This document shows positions 17,436-26,337 of a stretch of 64,000 nucleotides of DNA, in pieces. Made by a program: the position numbers and the translations under genes. Every line of letters starts with the position of its first letter. Within the stretch, counting starts at the first letter, position 1. The notes under the pieces are model-generated. The model was given only the letters and a program-made list of their open reading frames with translations. It had not been told where the DNA came from and made no database searches. Source of the DNA: Flavobacteriaceae bacterium (GTDB taxonomy: Bacteria; Bacteroidota; Bacteroidia; Flavobacteriales; Flavobacteriaceae); assembly GCA_024742935.1 (NCBI GenBank), contig JANSXN010000003.1, forward strand, positions 4,757 to 68,756, given 5' to 3'.

Positions 17436-18455
17436 ATGTTGGACAAAATAAAAGAGGCTATCGCTGAAGCGGAAAAATTTACAGCGACTTCTCTTCAGGA
17501 AGTAGAAGAATTTCGCATAAAATATCTCGGAAAAAAAGGTCTTTTGAAAGACTATTTTGACGCTTTTAAAGAAGTCCCCAATGAGCAGAAAAAAGAATTT
17601 GGGCAAACCATAAATACACTTAAGCAAACCGCACAGGAAAAAGTGGATTCACTCAAATCTGAGTTGGAAAGTAAGGTCATCCAAAAAGGAATTTACGGTG
17701 ATTTAACACGCCCCGGAGACCCTATAACAGTGGGTGGAAGGCATCCCATTTCCATTGTAAAAAATCAAATTATTGAGGTATTTTCACGCATTGGATTCAA
17801 CGTCTCAGAAGGGCCAGAAATTGAAGACGACTGGCACAACTTCACTGCATTGAATTTACCCGAGTACCACCCTGCACGTGATATGCAGGATACCTTTTTT
17901 ATCCAAACCAATCCTGATGTGTTGCTGCGCACGCACACCTCATCAGTACAGGTGCGTTATATGGAAAATAACAACCCACCCATTCGCACCATTTCCCCTG
18001 GAAGGGTGTTTAGGAACGAAGCCATTTCAGCGCGTTCACATTGTATATTTCATCAAGTGGAAGGTCTCTATATTGATAAAGATGTCTCTTTTGCCGATTT
18101 AAAACAAACACTCATTTACTTCTGTACAGAAATGTTTGGCAAATCTAAAATCAGACTTCGCCCTTCTTATTTTCCATTTACAGAACCCAGCGCCGAGGTT
18201 GATATTTACTGGGGATTGGAAACAGAAACCGATTACCGCATCACCAAAGGAACCGGCTGGCTGGAAATTATGGGTTGTGGTATGGTTGACTCAAATGTAT
18301 TGAAAAACTGCGGTATCGATCCGGAAACTTACACCGGTTTTGCTTTTGGAATGGGGATTGAACGCATTGCGATGTTACTGTATCAAATTGGTGACATCAG
18401 GATGTTTTATGAAAACGATTTGCGATTTTTAGAACAATTTAAAAGTGCGTTATAA
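17436..18455 (+). CDS. pheS: Phenylalanine--tRNA ligase alpha subunit
   Basis: [34 protein letters not shown] and [10 protein letters not shown]. Confidence 0.98.
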   Translation: MLDKIKEAIAEAEKFTATSLQEVEEFRIKYLGKKGLLKDYFDAFKEVPNEQKKEFGQTINTLKQTAQEKVDSLKSELESKVIQKGIYGDLTRPGDPITVGGRHPISIVKNQIIEVFSRIGFNVSEGPEIEDDWHNFTALNLPEYHPARDMQDTFFIQTNPDVLLRTHTSSVQVRYMENNNPPIRTISPGRVFRNEAISARSHCIFHQVEGLYIDKDVSFADLKQTLIYFCTEMFGKSKIRLRPSYFPFTEPSAEVDIYWGLETETDYRITKGTGWLEIMGCGMVDSNVLKNCGIDPETYTGFAFGMGIERIAMLLYQIGDIRMFYENDLRFLEQFKSAL

Positions 18456-18457
18456 GA

Positions 18458-18853
18458 ATGCGTAAAGACATTGAAATCCCAAAAGTTAAGGACATTTACA
18501 TTGCTGCCATCAAAGAGTGGGATGAAGCCTTTTTAAACCAAAGTTGGAACGTTTATCTCATCAACAATAGTAATTTAAAGATGGAAGTGACAATCGTAGT
18601 TTCACGCGGAAGCAAGGATGACCAAAAAACAGCAACCCTGCGTCACGGACTGGGAATTATAGAACCCAAAACTTCCAGAAAAGTTGAATTTATTACTGAA
18701 GAAGTCCTGCCTTTTAAAAATGAGTTTTTGCTCACCTTTTTCTCAGAGGGTAAACTTTATGACCGCAATTTTACTTTTGAACCTTACTCTATTTCTGAAG
18801 ATAATTTAAGAGCCGTTCCGGTTCTTGATTCTGAAGGGGTTTTTGCAGATTAA
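18458..18853 (+). CDS. Conserved hypothetical protein
   Basis: Clean ORF 2 bp after pheS; function not recognised. Confidence 0.7.
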   Translation: MRKDIEIPKVKDIYIAAIKEWDEAFLNQSWNVYLINNSNLKMEVTIVVSRGSKDDQKTATLRHGLGIIEPKTSRKVEFITEEVLPFKNEFLLTFFSEGKLYDRNFTFEPYSISEDNLRAVPVLDSEGVFAD

Positions 18854-19845
18854 TCCAACTTCTCTGTCAACTTCTTAAATACCTTTTTAGGGTTTTTGTT
18901 TTCGTAAAGAATTTCATAGACCGCATTGATGATGGGTGTTTTGGCTTTCTTTTTTTGATTGACAATCCAGGCACTTTTAGTGGCATAATACCCTTCTGCC
19001 ACCATACTCATTTCCATTTGAGCGCTTTTGACGGTATATCCTTTCCCAATCATATTCCCAAACATTCTGTTGCGGCTAAAGGTGGAATAACCCGTCACCA
19101 ACAAATCCCCCAAATAAGCCGAGTCGTTGATATTGCGTTTCATTTTATAGACCTTCCTGATGAATTTTTTCATTTCCCTGATGGCGTTGCTCATCAATAC
19201 ACTCTGAAAGTTGTCGCCATAACCCAATCCGTGGGCAATTCCGGCAGCAATGGCATAAATGTTTTTAAGCATTGCGGCATACTCGGTACCAATCACGTCA
19301 TCACTGGTCGTGGTTTTGATGTAATCGCTACTTAGATACTTTGCAATGAGTTTGGCTTTTTCTTCATCTGCACAAGCGAGTGTCAAATAAGAAAGACGCT
19401 CAAGAGCTACTTCTTCTGCGTGACAGGGCCCGGTAATCACCCCGATATTCTCAAAGGGAATATGGTACTTTTCATTAAAATGCTCACCAACAATCAATCC
19501 GGTTTCCGGGACGATTCCCTTGATGGCTGAAAAAATGATTTTGTTTTCCAAAGAAACCGTCAGCTTTTCAAGTTCGCCGCTCAAAAATGCTGAGGGTATA
19601 GCAAAAATTACAATATCTGCATCTTTGACTACTTTGTTGATGTCATTGCTTAATAAAAGCTGTTTCGTATCAAACTCAACAGAACTTAAATAGTTAGGGT
19701 TATGGTCTTCTTTTTTGATGTGTTCGATGGCATAAATGCTTCGCATATACCAACTTACTTTTGGCAGGTTTTCACATAACATTTTAACGATAGCGGTTGC
19801 CCAGCTACCACCTCCAATTACTGCAAAACTTGGATGTTTTTCCAT
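18850..19845 (-). CDS. gpsA: NAD(P)H-dependent glycerol-3-phosphate dehydrogenase
   Basis: GGGSWATA, GPCHAEEVA, LKNIYAI, and GDLLVTGYSTFSRN. Confidence 0.95.
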   Translation of the reverse strand: MEKHPSFAVIGGGSWATAIVKMLCENLPKVSWYMRSIYAIEHIKKEDHNPNYLSSVEFDTKQLLLSNDINKVVKDADIVIFAIPSAFLSGELEKLTVSLENKIIFSAIKGIVPETGLIVGEHFNEKYHIPFENIGVITGPCHAEEVALERLSYLTLACADEEKAKLIAKYLSSDYIKTTTSDDVIGTEYAAMLKNIYAIAAGIAHGLGYGDNFQSVLMSNAIREMKKFIRKVYKMKRNINDSAYLGDLLVTGYSTFSRNRMFGNMIGKGYTVKSAQMEMSMVAEGYYATKSAWIVNQKKKAKTPIINAVYEILYENKNPKKVFKKLTEKLD

Positions 19846-20076
19846 TCAACTGTATTTTTTCCAAAATTCAAAAATACATATTTTATATCTTAAAAGCAGA
19901 ACCCACTATTTCTTTCTTAAAACAATTGAATAGTAAAATAAAATTTTAACAACAGATTAGCATTTTTAATACAATTTAAAAAACAAACTCACCGTTCTTG
20001 AAAATAAGAAACCCAAGTGAAACTTCTGTGTAAATAGAAGTTGAAGTAAAGGTTTTTTGGTTGGTTATTTAGTTTG

Positions 20077-20112
20077 AAAGCCGCTCTTGTTTCCCAACAA
20101 GGGCGGTTTTTT
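20077..20112 (+). terminator. Intrinsic terminator that pairs best on the + strand
   Basis: 15-bp stem AAAGCCGCTCTTGTT/AACAAGGGCGGTTTT with two G-U pairs on +, followed by a T6 run; abuts the nadD stop. Confidence 0.7.
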
Positions 20113-20701
20113 ATTTCCTGTAAAAATTCATTTCATCTATATACTTCCAGACTTCTGCGGGAAGTAAAGGAGTGACGTTTTTTCCTTCAGCAATTGCATT
20201 TCTGATATGAGTTGAGGAAATTTGCATGATGGGCGCATCTACGTGAATAATTTTAGGGTGTTTGGTAAACTGGTTTTCGTGACCATTGTCTGCAATGCGC
20301 GGATAAACATAAATTTGATTGTTTTCAAGAATCACTTCATGATTTTTCCATTTGTGAAAGGTATTGAGATTGTCTTCACCCATTAGAAGACAAAATTCAC
20401 TATTTGGGTATTTTTCTTTTAGGTGTGCCAAAGAATTTACTGTATAACTGGGCTGTGGGAGTTTAAATTCAATATCGCTAGGCAATATTTTTTCATAGCT
20501 TTCACAGGCTCTTCGCACCAGTTCAAGTCTGTGGTGGTCTTCAAGAAGTGTTTTCTTCTTCTTAAAAGGATTGTGTGGAGAAACTACCAGCCAAACCTCA
20601 TCCAGGTCACTGTATTCCACAAGGTGGTTTGCAATCACAAGATGCCCTATGTGAATGGGGTTAAATGAACCAAAATACAAACCTATTTTTTTTGAAGCCA
20701 A
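20111..20701 (-). CDS. nadD: Nicotinate-nucleotide adenylyltransferase
   Basis: GSFNPIHIGH, PSYT, GEDN and ISSTHIR. Confidence 0.96.
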   Translation of the reverse strand: MASKKIGLYFGSFNPIHIGHLVIANHLVEYSDLDEVWLVVSPHNPFKKKKTLLEDHHRLELVRRACESYEKILPSDIEFKLPQPSYTVNSLAHLKEKYPNSEFCLLMGEDNLNTFHKWKNHEVILENNQIYVYPRIADNGHENQFTKHPKIIHVDAPIMQISSTHIRNAIAEGKNVTPLLPAEVWKYIDEMNFYRK

Positions 20702-20714
20702 TACAGTTTAGTTT

Positions 20715-21290
20715 TTATTGGTTTATAAAATTTGCAACCAGATTATGTGCTTCCTGAAGTGCAACTTCGAGATCATTATTTTCTATCACGTGGTCAAATT
20801 GAGGTGCGGTAGCTAATTCAATAGAAGCTTTTGCAATACGCATATTTATTTTTTCTTCGCTTTCAGTTTTGCGTTCTTTTAATCGACGCTTTAGTTCGTC
20901 AACACTGGGTGGTTTTACAAAAACGGCTAAGGTCTCTTTTGGGAATTTCTTCTTGATGCGCAGCCCTCCCACAACATCTATATCAAAAATAACATGTTTT
21001 CCTTCTGCCCAGATGCGTTCTACTTCGGTTTTTAATGTGCCGTAGAAATTATCCCGATAGACTTCTTCCCATTCCAGAAAATCATCGTTTTTGATGTGTT
21101 GTTTAAACTCTTTAAAGGACATAAAATAATAATGTTGCCCGTTTTTTTCTTCTCCTCTTGGTTCCCGAGAAGTTGCCGAAATTGAAAACTCAAGATTGAG
21201 GTCTTGCTGTTTCAAAAGGTGTTGAACAATCGTTGTTTTTCCAGAGCCTGAAGGTGCAGAAAAAACAATAAGCTTTCCTTTTCCTTCCAT
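20715..21290 (-). CDS. gmk: Guanylate kinase
   Basis: SAPSGSGKTT, SATSREPR and YGT. Confidence 0.96.
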   Translation of the reverse strand: MEGKGKLIVFSAPSGSGKTTIVQHLLKQQDLNLEFSISATSREPRGEEKNGQHYYFMSFKEFKQHIKNDDFLEWEEVYRDNFYGTLKTEVERIWAEGKHVIFDIDVVGGLRIKKKFPKETLAVFVKPPSVDELKRRLKERKTESEEKINMRIAKASIELATAPQFDHVIENNDLEVALQEAHNLVANFINQ

Positions 21291-22147
21291 TACAACACGT
21301 TTAATAATTGTTCTTTTATTTTTTCTAACTCGTCTTTCATTTGAACAACGAGTTGTTGCATTGCGGCAAAGTTTGACTTTGAGCCAATTGTGTTGATTTC
21401 CCTACCAATTTCCTGAGAGATAAAACCCAGTTTTTTGCCATTAGAGTCTGATGAATTGAGAGCTTCAGTAAAATACTTAAGATGGTTGTCCAGACGTACT
21501 TTTTCTTCAGTGATATCATATTTTTCAAGGTAGTAAATGAGTTCTTGTTCAAAACGGTTTTCATCTACTTGCTCTTTTAAATCGCTAACTGCTTTTCGCA
21601 ATCGTTCTTTTACTCCTTGAATACGCTCCGGATCCATCGCGATTACTTTTTCAAGTAAATCGGCAATGTTTTGAATGCGCATTTTAAAATCGTTTTTTAG
21701 AATTTCCCCTTCATCGCTCCTGTAAGTATTAATTTCCTTTAGCGCTTCTTCAATAGCAGTTGTAATTTGCTTGAATTCTTCCTCATCGATTTCTTCCCTT
21801 TCCGTTTTTAAAGCATCAGGCATTCTAATAGCCATTTTAAGCAACTCAGTGCGGTCTCCGTTAACAATAAGGCTTAATTGTTTGATATATTCTTCCACAA
21901 CAGCTGCATTCACCTGTGATGAGGTCTCTTCGCCTGAAAGCTCTATATATAGATTAAAATCAACCTTTCCACGCTCCAATGAGCTTGACAGCAAGTTTCT
22001 TATTTGAAGCTCCTTTTCGCGGTAAGCAGAAGGAAGGCGGGCATTTAAGTCGAGGCTTTTGCTGTTTAGAGATTTTATTTCTACGGTGATTTTTTTATTG
22101 GGTAACTGCTTAATGGCTTTCCCAAAACCGGTCATGGATTGTATCAT
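21290..22147 (-). CDS. yicC: YicC/YloC family endoribonuclease
   Basis: MIQSMTGFG, RGKV and QEIGREINTIGSK; TAACTTTG promoter box at 22168-22175 on the minus strand. Confidence 0.93.
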   Translation of the reverse strand: MIQSMTGFGKAIKQLPNKKITVEIKSLNSKSLDLNARLPSAYREKELQIRNLLSSSLERGKVDFNLYIELSGEETSSQVNAAVVEEYIKQLSLIVNGDRTELLKMAIRMPDALKTEREEIDEEEFKQITTAIEEALKEINTYRSDEGEILKNDFKMRIQNIADLLEKVIAMDPERIQGVKERLRKAVSDLKEQVDENRFEQELIYYLEKYDITEEKVRLDNHLKYFTEALNSSDSNGKKLGFISQEIGREINTIGSKSNFAAMQQLVVQMKDELEKIKEQLLNVL

Positions 22148-22289
22148 GGCTTGTTTTTAAATTCCTGCAAAGTTAACTAAAAAAGAGGGAACGCTTTCTG
22201 TAAGGTTTTTGATAATATAGATTTTCAAATATTAATTTGATGCTGCATATAAAGAATGGTTTTTTTTAATTATTTTTGATCCCTCAATC

Positions 22290-22363
22290 GGGGATGTAGC
22301 TCAGTTGGCTAGAGCGCTTGGCTGGCAGCCAAGAGGTCGTGGGTTCGAATCCCATCTTCTCCA
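22290..22363 (+). tRNA. tRNA-Ala (anticodon GGC)
   Basis: Cloverleaf GGGGATG...CTTGG-CTGGCAG-CCAAG...GTGGGTTCGAATCCCAT CTTCTCC A; G3:U70 alanine determinant; CCA not encoded. Confidence 0.96.
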
Positions 22364-22370
22364 CCCTATG

Positions 22371-22400
22371 AACCACAAGCCTTAACGCTTGTGGTTTCTT
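22371..22400 (+). terminator. Terminator after tRNA-Ala
   Basis: AACCACAAGC/GCTTGTGGTT 10-bp stem, then TCTT. Confidence 0.7.
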
Positions 22401-22412
22401 ATTTAAAGTTTT

Positions 22413-23759
22413 TTGGTTTTGAGAAACGAACTCTCCTTTAAAAACATTCACCGTCTTGCCATCCCGGCATTAATTGCCGGTATTGCTGAGCCTGTTATTT
22501 CCATAACAGACGCTGCCATAGTGGGAAACATCCCTGTTAATGGCACTGAAGCACTTGCAGCGGTGGGGATTGTGGGTTCTTTTCTTTCTGCATTGATCTG
22601 GATTTTGGGTCAAACCCGCAGTGCTATTTCTGCGATAATCTCTCAATATTTGGGTGCCGGTAAATTAGAGGAGTTAAAAACCCTTCCGGCGCAAGCTATC
22701 TTTCTCAATGTACTATTAAGTATTTTAATTTTATTGAGCACTATTTTTTTTGTAGAAGGTATTTTCAAACTTTACAATGCCTCAGGGCTGGTACTTCAAT
22801 ACAGTGTGGAGTACTACAACATCAGGGTTTGGGGCTTTCCTTTGACCTTGTTTACTTTTGCTGTTTTTGGGGTCTTTAGAGGCTTGCAAAACACCTTTTG
22901 GCCAATGGTCGTTGCGCTCATTGGTGCAGGCACAAATATTGGACTGGATTTTGCTTTGGTCTATGGAATCGAGGGCTGGATTGAACCCATGCATTTAAGT
23001 GGTGCTGCCTGGGCGAGCTTGATTTCGCAGGCATTGATGGCGGTTATTTCACTGGTACTTTTGTTATGGAAAACAAATGTGAGTCTAAAATTAACAATGC
23101 CATTGCATCCGGAAATGTACCGGCTTGTTAGTATGGCATTTAACCTGTTTATCCGTTCTATTGCTTTAAATACCGCTATTTATTTCTCTAATGCTTTTGC
23201 AACAGATTATGGAACTTCTTTTATTGCAGCACAAACCATTGCATTGAATCTTTGGTTGTTTTCAGCATTTTTTATTGATGGGTATTCATCATCTGGCAAT
23301 ATACTTTCGGGAAAATTACTTGGTGCCAAAGACTATCAAGGCCTTTGGAAGTTAAGTAAAATCGTATCGCTTTATGGAATGCTGGTCTCAGTGGTTTTAA
23401 TGGGTGTGGGATGGTGGTTGTATGAACCGTTGGGTTTGCTATTTACGAAAGACCCTGAGGTTTTATACAGGTTCAAACAAATTTTTTTCATCGTGATTCT
23501 TGTCCAGCCCATAAATGGTTTTGCCTTTATTTTTGATGGAATTTTTAAGGGAATGGGCGAGATGAAATACTTAAGAAATGTGTTGCTTTCTGCTACATTT
23601 CTAGGGTTTATTCCTGTTTTATTTGTTTGTGATTACTATGGTTTGGAATTGTATGGCGTTTGGATTGCCTTTGTCGTATGGGCTTTGGTGAGATCACTTT
23701 CGCTAATTATAAAGTTCCGAAAAATGTTATTGCCTAAATTGGACTCGTTGACAAAATAA
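22413..23759 (+). CDS. MATE family efflux transporter (DinF-like)
   Basis: LAIPALIAGIAEP, DAAIVG and FRGLQNT; about 12 TM helices. TTG start is 22413 or 22419. Confidence 0.9.
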   Translation: MVLRNELSFKNIHRLAIPALIAGIAEPVISITDAAIVGNIPVNGTEALAAVGIVGSFLSALIWILGQTRSAISAIISQYLGAGKLEELKTLPAQAIFLNVLLSILILLSTIFFVEGIFKLYNASGLVLQYSVEYYNIRVWGFPLTLFTFAVFGVFRGLQNTFWPMVVALIGAGTNIGLDFALVYGIEGWIEPMHLSGAAWASLISQALMAVISLVLLLWKTNVSLKLTMPLHPEMYRLVSMAFNLFIRSIALNTAIYFSNAFATDYGTSFIAAQTIALNLWLFSAFFIDGYSSSGNILSGKLLGAKDYQGLWKLSKIVSLYGMLVSVVLMGVGWWLYEPLGLLFTKDPEVLYRFKQIFFIVILVQPINGFAFIFDGIFKGMGEMKYLRNVLLSATFLGFIPVLFVCDYYGLELYGVWIAFVVWALVRSLSLIIKFRKMLLPKLDSLTK

Positions 23760-23788
23760 TCAAGGGATTGATTACTAATCCTTAGATT

Positions 23789-24430
23789 CTAACGCGTCTT
23801 CAACCAGCCGGTAATGCTCATTCGTTTTTGTTCTACAGGTTTGACTTCGTGTTCCAGGATCTGACTTTCAAAAATGACCATCCTTCCTGGAAAGGGATAG
23901 ATAGTTTTTGCGACTTCCCCTCCGTTTTCGTTTAGATATAATACGAGTTCGCCGCCATACTCCGGTTGCCAGTTTTCTTCATTGAGATAACACACCATCG
24001 ATAATTTTCTACGGTCGTCGTTTTGGAACGTATCGAGATGTCTCTTGTAAAAAGTGCCTTTGGGATACAGTGCATAGTGGAATTCCTTGAAGAGAATTCC
24101 CATAAAACAGGTTTTATTCAGGTAAGAAACCATGTCGTTGATTCGGTTAAAAAAGGTTATTTCTGCCGAATTGGCTTCCTTTTCATTCAACCAAAGAATA
24201 AAATCACCACGCACAGATTTCTCTATAATTTCGTTAACCTTGTTTCCGATTGCCGCTTTTTTAAAGGCATCTTCTTCAAACTTTTCAAGCAGCGAAGAGC
24301 GCAAAGCAATCACTTCATAAGAGGTAAAAAACCCTTCAACAATACTGTATTGCTTCTCCATCAAGTCGCTGATGACAGTCTCATACATTGGATTTTCAAC
24401 AAAATCGAGTTGATCAAAGAGTTCTTGCAT
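23789..24430 (-). CDS. 2OG-Fe(II) oxygenase (prolyl-4-hydroxylase-like)
   Basis: HLD (HxD), HEV and R-x-S; TATATTTG promoter box at 24459-24466 on the minus strand. Confidence 0.9.
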   Translation of the reverse strand: MQELFDQLDFVENPMYETVISDLMEKQYSIVEGFFTSYEVIALRSSLLEKFEEDAFKKAAIGNKVNEIIEKSVRGDFILWLNEKEANSAEITFFNRINDMVSYLNKTCFMGILFKEFHYALYPKGTFYKRHLDTFQNDDRRKLSMVCYLNEENWQPEYGGELVLYLNENGGEVAKTIYPFPGRMVIFESQILEHEVKPVEQKRMSITGWLKTR

Positions 24431-24542
24431 AGCCCCTTACGGTATTTAAAAAAGTTCGCAAATATAGTTTAGAAACCAATTGGTTTAACAACTCTCTGAA
24501 AAAGAATCAAATTCACCTATCTTTGCATTAGAAATTTGAAGC

Positions 24543-24995
24543 ATGAGTACTATTAGAATCACCAAACAATTCAATTTTGAAACCGGCCACGCCTTGTATG
24601 GCTATGACGGCAAATGCCGCAATGTACATGGGCACAGTTATAAACTTTCTGTCACGGTCATCGGCAAACCCATAACCGATTCAAATCACGTAAAATATGG
24701 CATGGTCATAGACTTTAGTGACTTAAAAAAAATCGTCAAGGAGGAAATAGTCGATGTGTTTGACCACGCTACCGTTTTTAATAAAAATACGCCTCACGTT
24801 GAGTTGGCCAAAGAGCTTTCAGAAAGAGATCATCACGTGATTTTGGTAGATTACCAACCCACCAGCGAAAATATGGTGATCGATTTTTCAGAAAAGATAA
24901 AGGCCCGTCTTCCGAAAAACATTCAGCTACACTCCCTGAAACTTCAGGAAACCGAAAGTAGTTTTGCAGAATGGGTTGCCTCAGATAATGAATAA
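24543..24995 (+). CDS. queD: 6-carboxytetrahydropterin synthase
   Basis: FETGHAL, CRNVHGHSY, PTSEN and ETE; TATCTTTG promoter box at 24518-24525. Confidence 0.92.
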   Translation: MSTIRITKQFNFETGHALYGYDGKCRNVHGHSYKLSVTVIGKPITDSNHVKYGMVIDFSDLKKIVKEEIVDVFDHATVFNKNTPHVELAKELSERDHHVILVDYQPTSENMVIDFSEKIKARLPKNIQLHSLKLQETESSFAEWVASDNE

Positions 24996-25038
24996 AACTT
25001 CATTCATTTACTTATATTTACAACATCAAAACAATTGA

Positions 25039-25794
25039 ATGAACATTCCTGAAGGTAAAAAAGTCTATTTTTCCAGCGACAATCATTTGGGTGCACCCAC
25101 AGCCGCAGAGAGCCTCCCGAGGGAACGCATCTTTGTGCGCTGGCTGGACACAGTAAAAGAGGATGCTGCTGCCATTTTTTTGCTGGGTGATTTGTTTGAC
25201 TTCTGGTTTGAATACCGGCAAGTAGTCCCCAAAGGATTTGTACGCGTACTGGGAAAACTCGCCGAAATAAGAGATAGCGGCATTCCCATCTACTTTTTTG
25301 TGGGCAATCACGATTTGTGGATGAATGGCTATTTTGAAAAAGAACTCAATATTCCTGTTTACCATAAACCACGGGAGTTTACCATTGAAAATAAAAAATT
25401 CTACATAGGCCATGGTGATGGTTTAGGACCAAACGATAGGGGCTTCAAACGTATGAAAAAAGTGTTTACCAATCCTTTTTTTAAATGGCTGTTCAGGTGG
25501 ATGCATCCTGATATTGGGGTTGCTGTCGCAAAACATCTTTCTGTAAAAAACAAGCTCATCTCAGGTGAAGATGATAAAGAATTTCTGGGGGAAGAAAATG
25601 AATGGCTGGCGCAATATGCCAAGCGCAAACTGGAAACCAAACACTATGACTACTTTATTTTTGGTCACCGCCATTTCCCGATGGAAATCAAGGTGGGACC
25701 TGAAAGTACTTACTTTAACCTAGGCGACTGGATAAGTCACTTTACCTATGGGGTATTTGATGGCGAACGGTTTGAGTTGAAGGAGTTTAAATAA
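25039..25794 (+). CDS. lpxH: UDP-2,3-diacylglucosamine diphosphatase
   Basis: SDNHLG, GDLFDFW, GNHD, HGDG, GHRH and NLGDW. Confidence 0.85.
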   Translation: MNIPEGKKVYFSSDNHLGAPTAAESLPRERIFVRWLDTVKEDAAAIFLLGDLFDFWFEYRQVVPKGFVRVLGKLAEIRDSGIPIYFFVGNHDLWMNGYFEKELNIPVYHKPREFTIENKKFYIGHGDGLGPNDRGFKRMKKVFTNPFFKWLFRWMHPDIGVAVAKHLSVKNKLISGEDDKEFLGEENEWLAQYAKRKLETKHYDYFIFGHRHFPMEIKVGPESTYFNLGDWISHFTYGVFDGERFELKEFK

Positions 25795-25816
25795 TCTCTA
25801 TTTTACAAAAAAGCTT

Positions 25817-25890
25817 TCTGCGAAAATCAGCGAAATTAGCGGGCTTATTACCCTTTTAAATCTCCCGCAGATCGCGCGGATATGCGCAGA
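25817..25890. repeat. Inverted doublet of GC-rich REP-like units
   Basis: 27-nt arms at 25817-43 and 25864-90, 20/27 complementary, 20-nt spacer, between convergent genes. Confidence 0.5.
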
Positions 25891-25918
25891 TTATATGATT
25901 TAAAGCGTTTATTTTACC

Positions 25919-26278
25919 CTAATTTTTACACTGGTTCTTCAAATAATCCTCCAGGTTTAACCAAAACAACGTCCCGTTCAATAAATCATCCAGTTGCTCC
26001 AACTCCTTTTCATTTACTGCCAGACTCACAGAAGCTGAAGGCGTTTCCAGTAAAATATTTTTACATTCCTTTATGAAAGCACAACGGTCACAACTTGAAA
26101 GCGATTCTCTTGAACATGCCACTTGATTTGAGAACAGCTCGATTTCCTCTTTGTTAAGGTGAAAGCCCATATGATTGAACACCACCTGTACTTTTTCTGA
26201 AGCTTTTTCCAAAGGCGTTTGCCACCTAAAGGCAATCCCGATGGGGTTGTGATATATTTGGCAGATTTCCTTTTCCAT
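25919..26278 (-). CDS. Hypothetical protein with a Cys cluster
   Basis: Clean ORF downstream of recJ containing C-x7-C-x2-C-x5-C. Confidence 0.65.
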   Translation of the reverse strand: MEKEICQIYHNPIGIAFRWQTPLEKASEKVQVVFNHMGFHLNKEEIELFSNQVACSRESLSSCDRCAFIKECKNILLETPSASVSLAVNEKELEQLDDLLNGTLFWLNLEDYLKNQCKN

Positions 26279-26337
26279 AACTGAAAGTTGATGCTACAAA
26301 AATAAAAATTTTATTTAGAATGGTTTTAAATAATAGA

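Noticed and set aside
17328-17627. 99-aa minus-strand ORF over the pheS 5' end and the repeat tract
   Set aside because: Antisense to a highly conserved gene, with no recognisable motif or promoter.
22290-22420. Genomic island integrated at tRNA-Ala or tRNA-Leu
   Set aside because: Both tRNAs are followed directly by terminators and ordinary genes; no integrase and no duplicated tRNA 3' end was seen.
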